The notes: generated from the sequence alone by a model not told the origin. DNA of 46,776 nucleotides from an uncultured Haemophilus sp. (GCA_963548985.1 CAUUXN010000001.1:1-46776); one strand, 5' to 3'. Shown: positions 11,614 through 22,542, counted from the first letter of the stretch. Numbers and translations: made by a program.

Positions 11614-12981
11614 GTGAGCCTTTCTACCCTATGGCAAGATTGCTTATCTCAACTACAAGATCAGGTTTCCCCGATGGATCTCAGTACTTGGTTACGCCCA
11701 CTACAAGCGGATGTAATCTCGCAAGATCAAGTGGTGTTATATGCGTCCAATATGTTTGTGAAAAGCTGGGTGGAAAATCACTACTTGGCTCAAATTCATC
11801 AAATTTGCCAAGCCCTTGCTAAAAATCCAAATTTACAAATTATCGTAAAAGAAGGGGTAAAACCAGCTCCCAAAGCTGTTGAATCATCCTCAACTCAAAC
11901 AACTAATCATCAAGAAAGTGCGGTAAATTTTCAGCAAGAATCTGATGCGCCGACTAAATTTGAATCACACCTAAATCGTAAACATTTATTTGAAAACTTT
12001 GTTGAAGGTAAATCAAACCAACTCGCCCGTGCAGTAGGTCAAAAACTCGCTCTTGCGCCTGGTGAACCAATAGCAAACCCATTCTTTTTATATGGTGGTA
12101 CAGGTTTAGGTAAAACTCACTTATTACACGCAATCGGTAATGGCATTTTAGCGAATAAACCGAATGCCAGAGTGCTTTATATCCATGCTAATAATTTTAT
12201 GCAGCACATGGTAAAAGCGATGCGTGATAATAAAATGGAGCAATTCAAAAAATTCTATCGTTCTCTTGATGCATTGTTAGTGGATGATATTCAATTCTTC
12301 GCAGAAAAAGAAAAAACACAAGAAGAATTTTTCCATATTTTCAATAGTTTATTTGAAACTGGCCGTCAAATCATTTTGACTTCTGACCGCTATCCAAAAG
12401 AAATTGAAAAAATTGAAGAACGCCTAAAATCTCGTTTCGGTTGGGGTTTAACGACTGCGATTGAACCACCAGATTTAGAAACCCGTGTTGCGATTTTGCT
12501 GAAAAAAGCAGAAGAACATAATATGGAACTGTCAGAAGAAGTAGCATTCTTTATTGCACAACGTTTACGCACCAATGTTCGTGAATTAGAAGGCGCATTA
12601 AACCGTGTGAAAGCGATGCAAGACTTCAAAGGTGGTCACATTGATATTGATTTTGTTCGTGACACATTAAAAGATATTCTTGCCTTACAAGAACGTTTGG
12701 TAACCATTGAAAATATTCAGAAAGTCGTGGCAGAATACTATCGAATTAAAGTGGCTGATTTAAAATCAAAAAGCAGAGCAAGATCAGTCACTCGCCCACG
12801 CCAAGTTGCGATGGCGTTAGCAAAAGAATTAACCAATAAAAGCTTACCGGAAATTGGCCGTGCCTTTGAACGCGATCACACGACAGTCTTAAATGCCTGC
12901 CGTGAAGTGCCAAAATTCCGTGAAAAAGACAGCAGTATTCAAGAAGATTGGGCGAATTTAATTCGCACATTATCTGCATAA
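11614..12981 (+). CDS. dnaA: Chromosomal replication initiator DnaA
   Basis: GTG start after AAGGA; '[16 protein letters not shown]', 'DDIQF', 'RDHTTV'. Confidence 0.97.
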   Translation: MSLSTLWQDCLSQLQDQVSPMDLSTWLRPLQADVISQDQVVLYASNMFVKSWVENHYLAQIHQICQALAKNPNLQIIVKEGVKPAPKAVESSSTQTTNHQESAVNFQQESDAPTKFESHLNRKHLFENFVEGKSNQLARAVGQKLALAPGEPIANPFFLYGGTGLGKTHLLHAIGNGILANKPNARVLYIHANNFMQHMVKAMRDNKMEQFKKFYRSLDALLVDDIQFFAEKEKTQEEFFHIFNSLFETGRQIILTSDRYPKEIEKIEERLKSRFGWGLTTAIEPPDLETRVAILLKKAEEHNMELSEEVAFFIAQRLRTNVRELEGALNRVKAMQDFKGGHIDIDFVRDTLKDILALQERLVTIENIQKVVAEYYRIKVADLKSKSRARSVTRPRQVAMALAKELTNKSLPEIGRAFERDHTTVLNACREVPKFREKDSSIQEDWANLIRTLSA

Positions 12982-12988
12982 GGAGCCA

Positions 12989-14092
12989 ATGATGCAATTT
13001 AGCATTTCAAGAGAAAATCTATTAAAACCCTTACAGCAAGTTTGTGGCGTATTAAGCAATCGTCCGAATATTCCTGTATTAAATAACGTGTTATTACAAA
13101 TTGAAGATAACCGTTTAACGATTACAGGTACAGACCTTGAAGTTGAGCTTTCTAGTTATACTCAACTTTCCTCTTCAACCGCTGATGGCGCGTTCACCAT
13201 TCCGGCTAAAAAATTCTTAGATATTTGCCGTACATTATCAGATGAATTTGAAATTACAGTTACCTTTGAAGAAGATCGAGCCATTGTAGAATCAGGTCGC
13301 AGTAAGTTTAATCTTACTACTCTGCCCGCTGAAGAATATCCAAATCTAACGGATTGGCAATCTGAAGTGGATTTTGCCTTACCGCAAAGTACCTTGCGTC
13401 GCTTAATTGAGGCAACCCAATTTTCAATGGCAAACCAGGATGCTCGTTATTTCTTAAATGGCATGAAATTTGAAACAGAAGGTAATTTATTACGTACTGT
13501 TGCAACTGACGGTCACCGTCTTGCCGTTTGTACGATCGAATTAGATCAAGATCTACAAACCCATTCAGTTATTCTCCCTCGTAAAGGTGTATTAGAACTG
13601 AATCGCTTACTAGAAAGCAGTGATGAACTTGCTCGTTTGCAAATCGGCACGAATAATCTTCGTATTCACTTAAACCACATTGTGTTTACCTCAAAACTCA
13701 TTGATGGTCGCTTCCCGGATTACCGTCGTGTATTACCACGTAATGCAACTCGTATCGTAGAAGGTAACTGGGAAACTTTAAAACAAGCTTTTGTACGTGC
13801 ATCTATCCTTTCTAATGAGCGTGTGCGCAGTGTGCGTTTAAACTTAAGTGAAAACCAACTTAAAATTACTGCTTCTAACCCAGAACACGAAGTGGCAGAA
13901 GAAATCGTGGATGTGAATTATCAAGGTGAAGAAATGGAAGTGGGCTTTAATGTGACTTACATTTTGGATGTATTGAACGCCTTAAAATGCCAACAAGTAC
14001 GTATTCGCCTCACTGATGCATCATCAAGCTGCTTAATTGAAAACAGCGAAGATGCAAGCGCAGAATACGTCATTATGCCAATGCGCCTCTAG
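12989..14092 (+). CDS. dnaN: DNA polymerase III beta clamp
   Basis: 'GTDLE', 'VATDGHRLA', C-terminal 'YVIMPMRL'. Confidence 0.97.
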   Translation: MMQFSISRENLLKPLQQVCGVLSNRPNIPVLNNVLLQIEDNRLTITGTDLEVELSSYTQLSSSTADGAFTIPAKKFLDICRTLSDEFEITVTFEEDRAIVESGRSKFNLTTLPAEEYPNLTDWQSEVDFALPQSTLRRLIEATQFSMANQDARYFLNGMKFETEGNLLRTVATDGHRLAVCTIELDQDLQTHSVILPRKGVLELNRLLESSDELARLQIGTNNLRIHLNHIVFTSKLIDGRFPDYRRVLPRNATRIVEGNWETLKQAFVRASILSNERVRSVRLNLSENQLKITASNPEHEVAEEIVDVNYQGEEMEVGFNVTYILDVLNALKCQQVRIRLTDASSSCLIENSEDASAEYVIMPMRL

Positions 14093-14097
14093 AAATA

Positions 14098-15180
14098 ATG
14101 GCCATTTCCCGCTTAATTGTTGAAAAATTTAGAAATTTAAATGCCGTGGATCTTGAATTTGATCACGGCTTTAACTTTTTAGTCGGCAACAATGGCAGCG
14201 GAAAAACGAGCTTATTAGAAGCAATTTTTTATCTAGGACATGGACGCTCTTTCAAAAGTGCGGTCGCAAATCGCATCATTTCTTACGACGAACCTCATTT
14301 CACGCTTTTTGGACAAATACAAGAAAGCCAACATCAATGGTCTGTTGGCTTACAAAAACTTCGTCAAGGTAATACCATTGCGAAAATAAACGGTGAAGAC
14401 GGCAATAAAATTGCCGATCTAGCTCACCTTTTACCCATGCAATTAATTACGCCTGAAGGACTTACCCTATTAAACGGTGGGCCAAGTTTTCGACGTGCAT
14501 TTTTAGATTGGGGTTTATTCCACCACCATAATAGCTTTCATTCCTCTTGGGTCGCCTTAAACCGTTTATTAAAGCAGCGAAATGCCGCACTCAGTCAAAA
14601 TCAGCCTTATTCTGCAATAAAAATATGGGACATTGAATTAGCTAAATTAGCCCATCAAGTGAGTGATTGGCGCACTGAATATGCAGAAGCCTTACGTCCT
14701 GAGATCGAAAAAACCTGCCAGTTATTTTTACCTGAATTAGAGATTACTGTTAGCTTTCATCAAGGCTGGGAGAAAGAGACAGAATATGGCGAATTACTAG
14801 CGCAAAACTTTGAGCGAGATAAAGCCATTGGCTATACGGTTTCAGGTCCACAAAAAGCCGATTTTCGCTTTAAAGCTAATGGGCTCCCCGTGGAAGATGT
14901 GCTCTCTCGTGGGCAATTAAAATTATTGATGTGTGCGCTACGTTTAGCCCAAGGTGAGCATTTAATGATTCAAAAACAGCGTCATTGTATCTTTCTGATT
15001 GATGACTTTGCCTCAGAGTTGGATCAACATAAACGTGCGCTTCTAGCTGAACGCTTGCAACAAAGTGGATCTCAAGTCTTTGTTACTGCCATCACTCAAG
15101 GTCAACTCAAAGAGATGCAAGTAGGAAAAGGAAAATTGTTCCAAGTGGATACCGGTAAGATCACCGAATTGCAACCATAA
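14098..15180 (+). CDS. recF: DNA replication/repair protein RecF
   Basis: 'GNNGSGKTSLLEAI', 'LSRGQLK', 'DDFASELD'. Confidence 0.96.
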   Translation: MAISRLIVEKFRNLNAVDLEFDHGFNFLVGNNGSGKTSLLEAIFYLGHGRSFKSAVANRIISYDEPHFTLFGQIQESQHQWSVGLQKLRQGNTIAKINGEDGNKIADLAHLLPMQLITPEGLTLLNGGPSFRRAFLDWGLFHHHNSFHSSWVALNRLLKQRNAALSQNQPYSAIKIWDIELAKLAHQVSDWRTEYAEALRPEIEKTCQLFLPELEITVSFHQGWEKETEYGELLAQNFERDKAIGYTVSGPQKADFRFKANGLPVEDVLSRGQLKLLMCALRLAQGEHLMIQKQRHCIFLIDDFASELDQHKRALLAERLQQSGSQVFVTAITQGQLKEMQVGKGKLFQVDTGKITELQP

Positions 15181-15184
15181 AAAA

Positions 15185-15212
15185 TAATCCGATCGGTTTA
15201 AGGATCGGATTA
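15185..15212. terminator. Hairpin between convergent recF and nagA
   Basis: TAATCCGATC-N8-GATCGGATTA. Confidence 0.7.
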
Positions 15213-15243
15213 CGTTTAAAACAATGCTATTTTTGACCGCACT

Positions 15244-16392
15244 TTAGTTTGGTTTCCATTCACCATTCAATACGGTACCTATCACATCATAATCTTTTGT
15301 GAATACCGCTAAGTTTGCGACTTTACCTGCTTCAACAGAACCTAAACGATCATCTACGCCAATCGCTCTTGCTGGGTAAAGGTTACTCATGCGAATTGCT
15401 TCCGCTAGTGGAATTTCCACATACTCTACGGCATTTCTGATGGACTCCATCATGGTAATTGATGCCCCTGCAATCGTACCATTTGCATCGTAGCAACGAC
15501 CTTCTTTTACATAAATTGGTTTTCCTACAAAAGTGAAAGTTTCCAATTCAGGTGGTGCACCTGCAGCAGCAAGAGAATCTGTCACGATACAAAGTTTGTC
15601 ACCTTTCGCTTTTTTATCTAAGCGAACGTTACCAAAATTCACATGCACGCCATCTACAATAATCCCCGTGTAAACATCGGAATCTAACACTGCGCCAACT
15701 ACGCCCATCGCACGTCCTGAACTGATCGGTGACATCGCATTATGCAAGTGTGTCGCAAAGGTTGCCCCTTTATGAAAGGCCGCTTTCGCCACTTCATAAG
15801 TCGCATTAGAATGGCCAATAGACACGATAATGCCTGCTTTCACAAAATCAGGAATATATTGCACCGTTGGGTTTTCAGCGGCAATGGTCAGTTTGGTGAT
15901 AACATCCGCGTTATCACATAAGAAATTTTTCATCTCTGGCGTCGCTTCACGGATATATTCCGGACGGTGTACGCCTTTTTTCTCAAGACTTAAATAAGGG
16001 CCTTCGATATGTAAGCCAAGCGCTTGGTTTTTATGCTTATTCAAATATTCACGCATGATACTTACTGCGCGTTTAATATCTTCATCTGGTGCAGTAATAA
16101 ACGTTGGCAAGAAACTGGTACAGCCTGATTTTAAGTTCGTGGCTTGCATAATTTCTAATGTTTCCACGCTTGTTTGATCGTTAAACATCACGCCGCCACA
16201 GCCATTTAATTGTAAATCAATAAAACCTGCAGTGAGATTATGACCTTTTAAATCAATAGTTTTAATCCCGTTTTCTAATTCGCTTTGTGGAATAACGGAT
16301 TGAATATATTCCCCTTCAATAACCACTGCATAATCTCTTAAGACTTCATTTTTCGTGTAGATTACGCTGTTAATTAATGCATACTTCATCAT
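15244..16392 (-). CDS. nagA: N-acetylglucosamine-6-phosphate deacetylase
   Basis: 'GFIDLQLNGCGG', 'HIEGP', 'THLHNAM', 'VTD'. Confidence 0.95.
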   Translation of the reverse strand: MMKYALINSVIYTKNEVLRDYAVVIEGEYIQSVIPQSELENGIKTIDLKGHNLTAGFIDLQLNGCGGVMFNDQTSVETLEIMQATNLKSGCTSFLPTFITAPDEDIKRAVSIMREYLNKHKNQALGLHIEGPYLSLEKKGVHRPEYIREATPEMKNFLCDNADVITKLTIAAENPTVQYIPDFVKAGIIVSIGHSNATYEVAKAAFHKGATFATHLHNAMSPISSGRAMGVVGAVLDSDVYTGIIVDGVHVNFGNVRLDKKAKGDKLCIVTDSLAAAGAPPELETFTFVGKPIYVKEGRCYDANGTIAGASITMMESIRNAVEYVEIPLAEAIRMSNLYPARAIGVDDRLGSVEAGKVANLAVFTKDYDVIGTVLNGEWKPN

Positions 16393-16425
16393 ACCTTCCT
16401 AAAATCCAATTAAAATTAACCGCAC

Positions 16426-17229
16426 TTATAACACACTATGAATCGCGCGACCTTCCAATTCAGTAAAATATTTCACTGTTTTGACTTTCAATTCTTGCAA
16501 TGCTGGCTCATCACATACCAAAACGAAATGACGATGAAGCTGTAAAGCACTCACTGTCCAAAGGTGATTAATACTGCCCTCTACGGCTGCTTGTACGGCT
16601 AAGGCTTTATTATGACCCGTTGCTAAAATCATCACTTCTTCTGCATCAAGTAATGTCCCTACACCGATTGTTAAGGCATATTTTGGTACTTGATTTACGT
16701 CATTATTAAAGAAACGAGAATTCGCGATAATAGTATCTGGCGTTAAAGTTTTAATACGGGTACGCGAACTTAAAGAAGACGCAGGTTCATTAAAGGCAAT
16801 ATGTCCATCAACACCTACTCCGCCCATAAATAAATGAATTTTGCCATAAGATTTAATTTTTTCTTCATAACGACGACATTCTTCATCATGGTCATCGGTG
16901 TTGCCATTCAAAATATTGATATTTTGCGGTTGAATATCAATATGATTGAAGAAATTATTATGCATAAAGCTGTGATAACTTTCCGGATGTTCTTTTGGTA
17001 AGCCCACATATTCATCCATATTGAAGGTCACCACATGCTTAAAACTCACTTCTCCTGCTTGATTTAATTTGATCAATTCCTGATAGGTCTTAAGTGGCGT
17101 ACCACCTGTTGGTAAACCTAATACAAAAGGACGTTCTGCAGTAGGTTTAAAATGATTAATTCGATCAGCAATATGACGCGCCGCCCAACGGCTGACTTGT
17201 TGTTCATTGTTCAGAGGAATGAGACGCAT
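16426..17229 (-). CDS. nagB: Glucosamine-6-phosphate deaminase
   Basis: Start moved to MRLIPL after RBS AAGGAAGG; 'LGLPTGGTP', 'FNMDEY', 'GHIAFNEP'. Confidence 0.96.
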   Translation of the reverse strand: MRLIPLNNEQQVSRWAARHIADRINHFKPTAERPFVLGLPTGGTPLKTYQELIKLNQAGEVSFKHVVTFNMDEYVGLPKEHPESYHSFMHNNFFNHIDIQPQNINILNGNTDDHDEECRRYEEKIKSYGKIHLFMGGVGVDGHIAFNEPASSLSSRTRIKTLTPDTIIANSRFFNNDVNQVPKYALTIGVGTLLDAEEVMILATGHNKALAVQAAVEGSINHLWTVSALQLHRHFVLVCDEPALQELKVKTVKYFTELEGRAIHSVL

Positions 17230-17317
17230 AATAACCTTCCTTATCAGTACCACACCGACATTCTTTCCTCTCCGATAGAGAGAGGAAAGAAGTAAGTGCG
17301 GTCACTTTTCCATTAAT

Positions 17318-18196
17318 TTATAAATATTTTGCTTTTAACTCTTTCGCTTTCGCTAATTGCTCTGGCGTCGCTTTCGCTGTCATTGGCTCACGGCAATAAC
17401 CTGCATCCACGCCATCTAGTTTCAATAACTCTTTGATAGTGAGATATAAGCCATTCGCTAAAATGCCTTCGATAAGATCATTGGTCACATGTTGAACTTG
17501 AAGCGCATCAGCCAATTTACCTTGTTTGGTTAATTCAAAGATTTGTCTTGCGCGTACACCATTAACGTTGAATGTACTACCAATTGCACCATCCACACCT
17601 AAAGATACTGCAGGTACCATCATTTCATCAAAACCAGCCCAAATGAGGTGATTTGGATAAGCTTTTTTCAAGCGTTCTAATAGATAGAAGTCCCCAGCGG
17701 TAAATTTCACACCAAGCACTTTCGGGTTTTTATAAAGTTCGCCGAATTGCTCAATACCCATGTTCACACCTGTTAAGAACGGAATTGAGTACACGATCAT
17801 GTTATTGCCTGTTTCCGCAATAATGGTGTCGTAGTAATGTTTGATTTCAGGGAAGCTGAATTTATAGTAGAAAGGCGTTACCGCAGAAAGGCTGTCATAG
17901 CCTAATTCGGTTGCATATTTACCTAATTCCACTGCTTCATGTAAGTTCACGCTACCCACTTGTGCGATTAACGCTACTTGGTCTTTTGCTTCATCTTTCG
18001 CAATACGGAAAATTTGTTTTTTCTCTTCCGTAGAAAGCATAAAGTTTTCACCTGTTGAGCCGCCTACATATAAACCATCAATTTTCATCTTATCAATGTT
18101 ATAGCGAATAATCTCGCGTAAGCCTTTTTCATTGATAGAGCCATCTTCATTGAATGATACTAATAACGCACTAAAAATACCTTTTAAGTTACGCAT
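17318..18196 (-). CDS. nanA: N-acetylneuraminate lyase
   Basis: '[10 protein letters not shown]', 'VTPFYY', Schiff-base Lys in 'GVKFT'. Confidence 0.95.
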   Translation of the reverse strand: MRNLKGIFSALLVSFNEDGSINEKGLREIIRYNIDKMKIDGLYVGGSTGENFMLSTEEKKQIFRIAKDEAKDQVALIAQVGSVNLHEAVELGKYATELGYDSLSAVTPFYYKFSFPEIKHYYDTIIAETGNNMIVYSIPFLTGVNMGIEQFGELYKNPKVLGVKFTAGDFYLLERLKKAYPNHLIWAGFDEMMVPAVSLGVDGAIGSTFNVNGVRARQIFELTKQGKLADALQVQHVTNDLIEGILANGLYLTIKELLKLDGVDAGYCREPMTAKATPEQLAKAKELKAKYL

Positions 18197-18205
18197 TTTT
18201 CTCTC

Positions 18206-19072
18206 CTATTTGATACGTTGTTCTAAAATGACATTTAATGTTTTTTGCTTTATTTTGACCGCACTTTCCTGTGATGCCTGTACCAATAAAGCGTAAATCA
18301 AATCTAATACGAATAATTGAGCAATCTTCGTGCCGATAGAGTCGCCTTGCAACTTGCCCTGCTTATTCCCATTCACTAAAACAAGATCGGCATATTCAGT
18401 GATGGGGGAACGCAAACTATGCGTAATCGCAATGGTTTTGGCACCGTTTTCTTTCGCAATTTTCATGGTATGCGTGGTTTCTTGAGAATAACCGGAATGA
18501 CTCAAACCAATAGCGACATCTTTTTTCGTCAATAAAGAGGCCTGCATATACATAAAATGGTTGTTACCTGTCGCATCCACTTGCACACCGATACGCATCA
18601 ATTTATTTTTTGCATCTTCCGCGGTAATACCGGATGTACCCACACCAAATAAAAAGACACGATTCGCTTGTTGAATGGTTTTTACTGCCTCTTCCAACTG
18701 CTCAAAATCTAATAAATTAATGGTTTCATCCATCACGTTATTGATGGCTGATTTCAGCTTATGCGCAATATTCAATGAGTTGTCAGAATCGGTAATATCT
18801 GAATCTAATACGGTGTTATCTTTGCCATCTTTTGTGGCAAGCTCGATGGATAATTCCAATTTAAAATCACTGAAGCCTTTAAAGCCGAGAGTACGGCAAA
18901 AACGCACAAAGGTCGCCTCCCCCACTTCTAAATGAGCGGCAATTTCAGCTAAAGGAGCCTGCACCGCAAGATCGGGATTCAATAAAATTGCATCTGCAAT
19001 TTTCTTTTCAGTCTTCGTTAAACTGCGATACAACGAGCTGATGGTATTTAAAATATTGCCGTTTTTAGCCAT
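18206..19072 (-). CDS. siaR: RpiR/MurR-family regulator of sialic acid catabolism (SiaR)
   Basis: RpiR HTH 'EATFVRFCRTLGFKGFSDFK' plus SIS domain; sits between nanK and nanA as in H. influenzae. Confidence 0.85.
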   Translation of the reverse strand: MAKNGNILNTISSLYRSLTKTEKKIADAILLNPDLAVQAPLAEIAAHLEVGEATFVRFCRTLGFKGFSDFKLELSIELATKDGKDNTVLDSDITDSDNSLNIAHKLKSAINNVMDETINLLDFEQLEEAVKTIQQANRVFLFGVGTSGITAEDAKNKLMRIGVQVDATGNNHFMYMQASLLTKKDVAIGLSHSGYSQETTHTMKIAKENGAKTIAITHSLRSPITEYADLVLVNGNKQGKLQGDSIGTKIAQLFVLDLIYALLVQASQESAVKIKQKTLNVILEQRIK

Positions 19073-20003
19073 AAACCACTCCCGTATTTTTTGCTTGTAA
19101 TAAGCAATCTTTTACCCAATAAGCCGCGCCAATCAAGCCTGCATCTTGTCCAAATTGAGCACTTTCTAAGTCGCAGTGATAAACAGCGGGAAGTTCACTT
19201 AATAAAGATTGAACTAACGGTAAATAACCTTCTGCCAACCCTACGCTACCGCCAACTACGACTTTTTGAATGTCTAATCCAATCTTCAAATCTGCAATTA
19301 AATTCGCAATAGCTTGGGCTGAACGAGTCACAAGTGCGGTCGCTTTTTCATCATTTTGATGGAAACGCACAAAAACTTCTTTCGGATCACAAGGATCATC
19401 CCATTGAGAAGAAACCGCCTCAATCGCGCGACCTGATGCAATGACTTCAACACAACCACGGCGGCCACAGCCACAAATTGGACCATTAGGATCGGCCAAA
19501 GTATGGCCAATATGTCCTGCAATACCGTTTGGCTCAGTAAGTAAACGATGATTTAAAATTAAACCGCCCCCTACGCCTGTGGAAACCGTAATAAAGGTAA
19601 AGTTTTGAACATCATTAGGATTTTGTAATTGATACTCGGCATAGGCTGCCGCTTGCACGTCATTAAGTAAACCAATCGGTTTATCAGTATGCTGTGCAAT
19701 GCTGTCTTTTAATGGGAATTGGGCTAATCCACCCAAATTTTTAGGATTAAGTGCAGTCAAAATGCCTTGATTAATAATGCCCGTTGAAGCAACAGCGACA
19801 TAATCAAACTGCCCTTCATATTCTTTTAGCAACTGAGCAAGGGTTTGATGCATGGCTTGCGCAGCGTCATCCTGTGGCGTGGAAATCTGTTTTCGCTGCT
19901 GAATTTCACCATTTTTCACTATAGCAGAAGCGATTTTCGTGCCACCAATATCTAATGCCAAACAACGCTGTAATGTCTGCCCACTATCCACTGTTAATGA
20001 CAT
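19065..20003 (-). CDS. nanK: N-acetylmannosamine kinase (ROK family)
   Basis: 'LDIGGTK', 'NDVQAAA', 'STGVGGG', 'CGCGRRGCVE'; ATG at 20003 after RBS AAGGAAG. Confidence 0.92.
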   Translation of the reverse strand: MSLTVDSGQTLQRCLALDIGGTKIASAIVKNGEIQQRKQISTPQDDAAQAMHQTLAQLLKEYEGQFDYVAVASTGIINQGILTALNPKNLGGLAQFPLKDSIAQHTDKPIGLLNDVQAAAYAEYQLQNPNDVQNFTFITVSTGVGGGLILNHRLLTEPNGIAGHIGHTLADPNGPICGCGRRGCVEVIASGRAIEAVSSQWDDPCDPKEVFVRFHQNDEKATALVTRSAQAIANLIADLKIGLDIQKVVVGGSVGLAEGYLPLVQSLLSELPAVYHCDLESAQFGQDAGLIGAAYWVKDCLLQAKNTGVVYG

Positions 20004-20014
20004 ATCTTCTTCCT

Positions 20015-20704
20015 TTATTTTTTCGCTGAATGAATGGCTTCGGCAAACCAACTTACAATATGCTCTAAACGCGTTAATGCAGAACCAACTGTCACACAAT
20101 AAGCACCAATTTCAATTGCCGTTTTCGCCAACTCAGGGGTGTTATAACGTCCTTCCGCCATGACTCGGCAGCCTGCCGCTTTCAAATCTTTAACTAATTG
20201 ATAATCAGGCTCTTCCGGTACAGTGCCACCGGTATAGCCAGACATCGTACTGCCCACAATATCAAAACCCAGTTTTTGACAGTACAAGCCTTCTTCTAAA
20301 TTCGAACAATCCGCCATGGCTAAACAGCCTAATTCGTGGATTTTTTTGACCGCACTTTCAATATCTACCGGTCTAGGACGATTTGTCCCATCCACAGCGA
20401 TAATGTCTGCACCGGCTTTCGCTAAATCTTCAATATCATGCAAAAATGGGGTAATTCGTACAGGGCTGTCAGGTAAATCACGTTTCACAATACCAATAAT
20501 CGGCACATTCACAGTAGGGCGTGTTGCTTTAAGATTTTCTACTCCCTCAATACGCAAGCCCGCTGCGCCACCAATAACAGAAGCCTGTGCCATAGCCGCC
20601 ACGATTTCTGGTTTATCCATCGGGCCGTCATCGACAGGCTGACAAGAAGCAATAAGACCAAATTTGATTTTATCTAAGACTTCATTATGTGATAATTTCG
20701 ACAT
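20015..20704 (-). CDS. nanE: N-acetylmannosamine-6-phosphate 2-epimerase
   Basis: 'LIASCQP', 'PIIGIVK', 'AEGRYNTP', 'VGSALTR'; ATG at 20704 after GGAG. Confidence 0.95.
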   Translation of the reverse strand: MSKLSHNEVLDKIKFGLIASCQPVDDGPMDKPEIVAAMAQASVIGGAAGLRIEGVENLKATRPTVNVPIIGIVKRDLPDSPVRITPFLHDIEDLAKAGADIIAVDGTNRPRPVDIESAVKKIHELGCLAMADCSNLEEGLYCQKLGFDIVGSTMSGYTGGTVPEEPDYQLVKDLKAAGCRVMAEGRYNTPELAKTAIEIGAYCVTVGSALTRLEHIVSWFAEAIHSAKK

Positions 20705-20804
20705 ATAAACTCCTACATTAGACAGTAACACTTGGTTTCCTTTTTTGGCTTTCTGAGCATTATAGTAAAACGCAGCAAAGCTTGCACCATAAAAAAAATA
20801 TTTT

Positions 20805-20819
20805 TGAAGTATAATTTCA
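20805..20819. promoter_or_regulatory. Probable SiaR operator 1
   Basis: Imperfect palindrome TGAAGTATAATTTCA, near-identical to operator 2. Confidence 0.6.
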
Positions 20820-20821
20820 AA

Positions 20822-20843
20822 ATTTGTGATCGGCTTCTCAATT
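20822..20843. promoter_or_regulatory. CRP-N binding site
   Basis: attTGTGAtcggctTCTCAatt vs consensus TGTGA-N6-TCACA. Confidence 0.75.
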
Positions 20844-20895
20844 TTGAGATAAAGTTACCACATTTATACAAAATATTTTTTTTTACTTTAGAATA

Positions 20896-20910
20896 TGAAG
20901 TAATACTTCA
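20896..20910. promoter_or_regulatory. Probable SiaR operator 2
   Basis: Perfect palindrome TGAAGTA-A-TACTTCA just upstream of the nagE RBS. Confidence 0.65.
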
Positions 20911-20932
20911 TTACTATAAATAGGAGAAAAAA

Positions 20933-22399
20933 ATGAATGTGTTAGGTTATGCGCAAAAAATTGGGCAAGCCTTAATGGTACCTGTTGCTGTCTTACCAGC
21001 AGCCGCTGTACTGATGGGTATTGGTTATTGGCTTGACCCAGATGGCTGGGGAGCGAACAGTCAACTTGCTGCATTTTTAATTAAATCAGGCGGTGCTATC
21101 ATCGATAACATGGGCCTGCTTTTTGCCGTTGGCGTTGCTTTCGGTTTATCTAAGGACAAACATGGTTCTGCTGCTCTTTCAGGTTTAGTGGGTTACTATG
21201 TGGTAACCACTCTGCTTTCACCTGGCAGCGTTGCTCAGCTACAACATATCGATGTAAGTGAAGTGCCAGCCGCCTTCGGGAAAATCAATAACCAATTTAT
21301 TGGGATTTTGATCGGGGTGATTTCGGCTGAACTTTATAACCGTTTCTATCAAGTAGAATTGCCAAAAGCGTTTTCCTTCTTTAGCGGAAAACGCCTTGTG
21401 CCAATCGTCGTTTCCTTTGTCATGATGTTCATCAGCTTCGTATTGCTTTACATCTGGCCATATATTTTCGGCGGTTTAGTGTCATTCGGTGAAAGCATTA
21501 AAGATTTAGGCGCGGTCGGTGCTGGTCTTTACGGTTTCTTCAACCGTTTACTCATTCCTGTTGGCTTACACCATGCATTGAACTCAGTATTCTGGTTTGA
21601 CGTCGCAGGTATCAATGATATTCCAAACTTCTTAGGTGGTGCTAAATCACTTGCTGAAGGCACTGCAACGGTTGGTGTAACCGGTATGTATCAAGCCGGT
21701 TTCTTCCCTGTCATGATGTTCGGTTTACCGGGTGCCGCATTAGCGATTTATCTCAGCGCTAAACCAAGCCAAAGAACTAAAGTGGCATCAATCATGCTTG
21801 CAGGTGCGTTTGCCTCATTCTTCACTGGTATCACCGAGCCATTAGAATTCTCTTTCATGTTTGTTGCACCAGTACTTTACTTCATCCACGCGGTATTAAC
21901 CGGTATTTCTGTCTTTATCGCCGCAACAATGCATTGGATCGCAGGCTTCGGTTTCAGTGCAGGTCTCGTGGATATGGTACTTTCATCACGCAACCCATTA
22001 GCCGTTGAATGGTATATGCTAATTGTACAAGGCTTAGTATTCTTCGTGATTTACTATGCCGTATTCCGTTTTGCAATTAAAGCTTTCAACTTAAAAACAT
22101 TAGGTCGTACAGAAGAAGCAGAAGAAACCACTGCAGCACAACCAGCAGCAAGCCAATCTCGCGAAGAAAGAGCGGTCAAATTTATTGATGCTTTAGGTGG
22201 TGCTGATAACTTCAAAAATATTGATGCTTGTATCACTCGCTTACGTTTAAGCTTAGTGGACCAACACAAAATTAATGAAGAGCAGCTTAAGTCTCTTGGT
22301 GCAAAAGGTATCGTGAAAATTGGTAACGATGGTTTACAAGTGGTTCTCGGCCCTGAAGCTGAACTTGTGGCAGAAGCCATGAAACAAAAAGTGAAATAA
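20933..22399 (+). CDS. nagE: PTS N-acetylglucosamine-type transporter EIICB (no EIIA domain)
   Basis: 'QKIGQALMVPVAVLPAA', 'FFSGKRLVP', 'GITEPLEF', EIIB 'DACITRLRL'. Confidence 0.85.
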   Translation: MNVLGYAQKIGQALMVPVAVLPAAAVLMGIGYWLDPDGWGANSQLAAFLIKSGGAIIDNMGLLFAVGVAFGLSKDKHGSAALSGLVGYYVVTTLLSPGSVAQLQHIDVSEVPAAFGKINNQFIGILIGVISAELYNRFYQVELPKAFSFFSGKRLVPIVVSFVMMFISFVLLYIWPYIFGGLVSFGESIKDLGAVGAGLYGFFNRLLIPVGLHHALNSVFWFDVAGINDIPNFLGGAKSLAEGTATVGVTGMYQAGFFPVMMFGLPGAALAIYLSAKPSQRTKVASIMLAGAFASFFTGITEPLEFSFMFVAPVLYFIHAVLTGISVFIAATMHWIAGFGFSAGLVDMVLSSRNPLAVEWYMLIVQGLVFFVIYYAVFRFAIKAFNLKTLGRTEEAEETTAAQPAASQSREERAVKFIDALGGADNFKNIDACITRLRLSLVDQHKINEEQLKSLGAKGIVKIGNDGLQVVLGPEAELVAEAMKQKVK

Positions 22400-22410
22400 C
22401 ACACAAAATG

Positions 22411-22444
22411 AAATGCCGACTCAGAAATGGGTCGGTATTTTTTT
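22411..22444. terminator. Intrinsic terminator after nagE, possibly also ending the convergent ncRNA transcript
   Basis: AAATGCCGACTC-agaaat-GGGTCGGTATTT followed by a T-run. Confidence 0.8.
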
Positions 22445-22542
22445 GCCAAAAATAAAGTAAAAAATGACCGCACTTTAGCTGAGAATTTCTCATTCGAAGT
22501 GAGTTAAATGAAAGTTTGAAAATTGAAGATTGTTTTGAAGGG

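Noticed and set aside
20004..20099. N-terminal extensions in the ORF track (nanK, nanE, nagB, yheU, rpmB, mutM, nrfA, nrfE)
   Set aside because: Downstream starts have a better RBS and/or match family N-termini; the extensions are longest-ORF artefacts
22287..22493. 68-aa minus-strand ORF downstream of the small RNA (an icd-like position), and the 139-aa ORF at 22054-22473
   Set aside because: No RBS or recognisable motif; both run through a USS and the terminator and lie antisense to nagE
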